The notes below the pieces were generated by a model that made no database searches, was not told the origin of the DNA, and saw only the letters and a list, made by a program, of their open reading frames with translations. A DNA stretch of 42,630 bases from Pseudonocardiaceae bacterium (lineage in GTDB: Bacteria > Actinomycetota > Actinomycetes > Mycobacteriales > Pseudonocardiaceae). Made by a program: the position numbers and the translations under genes. Shown one piece after another: positions 42,412 to 42,630 of the stretch; positions within the stretch are counted from its first letter, which is position 1, and the number at the start of each line of letters is the position of its first letter. The stretch spans positions 1-42,630 of the forward strand of contig JAICHZ010000001.1 in the NCBI GenBank assembly GCA_025924655.1, in the 5' to 3' direction.

Positions 42412-42630
42412 TATACGCCTTGACCGAAGCGCTGCCATGAACTGGCGGTCGGCAATCCACCTGTCAATTCGGTGGTGGGCAGGGAGCTCCCCGCCGAAGT
42501 TATTGGTGTCGGGCTGACACCCACCTATGCTCAGCTAGCACCGGAGATCGCGGGTGACTGTTGAGCCAGACGGTCAGCCACTTGCGGCAGCGTGATCGCA
42601 GCCGTGGCGGTCGGGTGAGGCACGTTTGAG

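Noticed and set aside
42531-42629. A reverse-strand open frame at the window end (...VPHPTATAAITLPQVADRLAQQSPAISGAS*) could be the 3' end of a gene.
   Set aside because: Only 32 codons are visible and no motif is present. That is too little evidence to call a feature.
1-42630. I scanned the whole window for CRISPR arrays, rRNA, tRNA, integrase/att sites and known defence-system genes.
   Set aside because: I saw no regularly spaced repeats, cloverleaf-like or rRNA-like segments, or integrase or defence signatures. The only mobile element recognised is the defective IS at 8601-9431, and the only defence-like genes are the TA modules.

Overview
This is a high-GC, actinobacterial-type chromosomal window. 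Coding is dense, third codon positions are GC-rich, GTG/TTG starts occur, and many neighbouring genes overlap by 4 nt (ATGA/GTGA). I found no rRNA, tRNA or CRISPR array.

The left part (1 to ~17.8 kb) is accessory DNA, and part of it is decaying. It holds:
- two head-to-head toxin-antitoxin loci, one of them an in-frame Phd-PIN fusion;
- a CX5R phosphatase-like gene, an FAD monooxygenase, an MBL-fold hydrolase and an APC permease;
- a decay hotspot (7.0-9.5 kb): an FAD-monooxygenase pseudogene, a deaminase fragment, and a cytochrome P450 split by a defective 831-bp IS5-like element whose 3-bp target duplication is intact;
- a visibly low-GC islet with an orphan membrane-anchored protein;
- a secreted alpha/beta hydrolase and an intact P450 paralog;
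- two tandemly duplicated SAM methyltransferases;
- a PAS-GGDEF-EAL protein in which both catalytic motifs are degenerate;
- an OsmC gene.

The right part (~17.9 to 41.1 kb) is the main find: a tightly packed composite cluster that I do not recognise as a described system. It interleaves five elements:
1. Hallmark genes of the MSMEG_0565-0572 / sll0783-0787 ('Nit1C') nitrogen-starvation cluster: radical SAM, GNAT, an AIR-synthase-like protein, a GT4 glycosyltransferase and a DsrE-like protein. The signature nitrilase is absent.
2. A cobalt-type nitrile hydratase (beta, alpha, accessory protein) sitting where the nitrilase would be.
3. A bacterial-type coenzyme M / sulfonate cassette: ComA, two fumarate-lyase-superfamily enzymes, a PLP D-cysteine-desulfhydrase-like enzyme and an extra Cys-rich orphan.
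4. An oxamate-carbamoyltransferase-like set (FdrA, DUF1116, DUF2877) with carbamate kinase, split across two opposing operons.
5. A CoA-disulfide-reductase-like flavoprotein.

An XRE-cupin regulator lies inside the cluster and a SARP/ATPase/TPR regulator lies at its edge.

All family calls rest on motifs I read in the translations. No HMM or database search was possible.
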